64,000 nt of DNA, taken from positions 12,755-76,754 of the forward strand of contig CAYHHH010000002.1 in NCBI GenBank assembly GCA_964356125.1. The letters run 5' to 3'. Source of the DNA: an uncultured Bifidobacteriaceae bacterium. Its GTDB lineage: Bacteria > Acidobacteriota > Vicinamibacteria > Vicinamibacterales > JAMQPK01. The position numbers and the translations under genes are program-made. Below the pieces are notes generated by a model, which worked only from the letters and a program-made list of their open reading frames with translations, had not been told where the DNA came from and did not search any database. Position 1 is the stretch's first letter; every line of letters begins with the position of its first letter. Below are positions 62,677 through 64,000 of the stretch, in pieces.

Positions 62677-64000
62677 TTATCTGACGACGAGAGGTTTCAG
62701 CGTCGTTGGTGACCCATTGTTTTCGAACCAGTCAATCCCCTCACTGACCAGATCGAACTTCAGCATGTAGTTGCCGGGCGTTGTGGGCGCGACGATCTCG
62801 ATGGGGACGTCGATGCTGGCGCCCGGTTTCAGCGTTTCCGGCAGCCATGCGCGCGCGTAATCGCGCTCGAGGAGGGTGCCGTGCTCGTCGCACAACTGCG
62901 CGCCGAGCCTGACCAGCCGGCGGCCGTACGAGGCCTTCGCGGGGAAGGGGCGCGCGGACACGTTCTCGACGCGCGTTCTGATCTTCAGCTTCCTGGCCGC
63001 GCGCGTCGTGAACGGGCGCGCGGGGAAGAACCGCTTCCGCACTTCGATCTTCGCCTTCGGCGTGGCGCCGGGAATGGCGTTGCCGAGGCCGGTCATGTCC
63101 CAGATTTCATGCTTGATGGCCTCGTAACCCGGTGTGCCCGGTACGAAGCGGCGCGAGAACGCGTTCTCGGGATGATCCGTCAGCTCCCACGACAGCCGAT
63201 CGACGCCGATTTCCGTGGCCAGCCGCCGCGCCAGGTTCATCTCCTCGTCGCTGTCGTTCCACTTGAAGAGGATGTAACGCCAGTTGAGGTGCGGCACATC
63301 GCGACGCGAGCGCCGCTTCTCTTCGGCCATGACGCGCAGGTTGCGAAGCGCGAGATCGAACTTGCCTCGCTGCCGGTACTGCACGTAGGTATCCTGCGAT
63401 GCGCCGTCGATCGAGAAGGTCACCTCGTCGATGCCCGAGTGCACGAGCCGCTTCGCCGACTCCTCGGTGAACATCAGCCCGTTGGTGCTGGTGTAGAGAT
63501 AGATGTGCGGAAAGCGCGTCTTGATGTATTCGCACATCTCGACGGCGCGCTTGTGCAGGAACGCCTCGCCGTAATTGAAGAAGTCGATGCGCACGAGCCC
63601 GGGCCCCGCCTCGTCGACGACGTTCTTGAAGAGATCGAAGTCGAGCATGCCGGCGTTGCGCGTTTTCGTGATGCCGGTTTCCGGCGCGCAGCAGGCTTCG
63701 GTGCACGAGATGTTGCAGGCCGCGGTGCACTCGATATACAGCCGGTTCGGCAGGCGTCCGACGTCGAGCGACCGCTCCGTCGGCGTCTGCCCCTTGAGCG
63801 GCAGCTTGAGCGGGCAGTTGCCGCAGAACGACGAGCCGCCGGCGTTCAGCTCGGTACGCAGCGACGTCATGCGCGGGTTGTTCCAGATCTCCGAGATACT
63901 GGCGGTCCTGGCATCGCCAAGGACGCGTTTCCCGTAAGGATCCGAACACCCGCAGACAATGCGGCCGTCGCAGAGCATGATGAGCGTGCTCCACGGCCAA
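62677..64000 (-). CDS. Radical-SAM-like enzyme with Cys-rich SPASM/twitch-like segment N-terminal to the core and a C-terminal Ig-like domain; the frame is open to the window edge
   Basis: FNYGEAFL, YTSTNG and VTFSIDG resemble radical-SAM core motifs. The Cys cluster is CTAACNISCTEACC. The N-terminal CDGRIVCGC...EIWNNP...CGNCP resembles a SPASM motif. The frame continues upstream of Met 63978 (WPWSTLI) to nt 64000. Confidence 0.65.
   Translation of the reverse strand, partial: WPWSTLIMLCDGRIVCGCSDPYGKRVLGDARTASISEIWNNPRMTSLRTELNAGGSSFCGNCPLKLPLKGQTPTERSLDVGRLPNRLYIECTAACNISCTEACCAPETGITKTRNAGMLDFDLFKNVVDEAGPGLVRIDFFNYGEAFLHKRAVEMCEYIKTRFPHIYLYTSTNGLMFTEESAKRLVHSGIDEVTFSIDGASQDTYVQYRQRGKFDLALRNLRVMAEEKRRSRRDVPHLNWRYILFKWNDSDEEMNLARRLATEIGVDRLSWELTDHPENAFSRRFVPGTPGYEAIKHEIWDMTGLGNAIPGATPKAKIEVRKRFFPARPFTTRAARKLKIRTRVENVSARPFPAKASYGRRLVRLGAQLCDEHGTLLERDYARAWLPETLKPGASIDVPIEIVAPTTPGNYMLKFDLVSEGIDWFENNGSPTTLKPLVVR

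Overview
High-GC (by eye, roughly mid-60s %; not computed), gene-dense chromosomal segment with about 40 protein-coding genes. I found no rRNA, tRNA, CRISPR array, transposase, integrase or phage genes. The content looks like Acidobacteriota (inference only): four very large TonB-dependent receptors with an N-terminal carboxypeptidase-regulatory-like domain and no SusD partner, three PQQ-type beta-propeller dehydrogenases, DUF1080/FG-GAP and CRTAC1-type proteins, and multiheme cytochromes. Almost every catabolic enzyme carries a Sec, lipoprotein or twin-arginine signal: GH51 arabinofuranosidase, two enolase-superfamily dehydratases, an SMP-30 lactonase, a xylose-isomerase-like TIM barrel, a beta-helix protein, cupins and MBL-fold hydrolases. 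Many long antisense 'shadow' ORFs in the track are artefacts of the GC content. Signals the gene calls do not explain: (1) tandem repeats with 7-nt periodicity, found as long intergenic hairpins, inside coding regions at the same loop of three paralogues, and encoding a signal-peptide core; (2) a 7-bp direct-repeat motif with 10-bp phasing, TTGKGAC-N3-TTGYGAC, upstream of several transcription units, including the operon for an orphan TAXI binding protein, a histidine kinase and an OmpR-type regulator; (3) Gly/Arg/Pro/Ala-rich low-complexity inserts in at least 13 otherwise unrelated exported proteins; (4) an apparently periplasmic oxidative sugar pathway that includes Tat-exported dehydratases; (5) several conserved-looking gene couples of unknown function (receptor with octaheme cytochrome; membrane pentaheme cytochrome with CRTAC1; AlkP-like with RidA and an unknown 431-aa protein). 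All functional calls rest on my own motif and family recognition from the translations. No database search was run.
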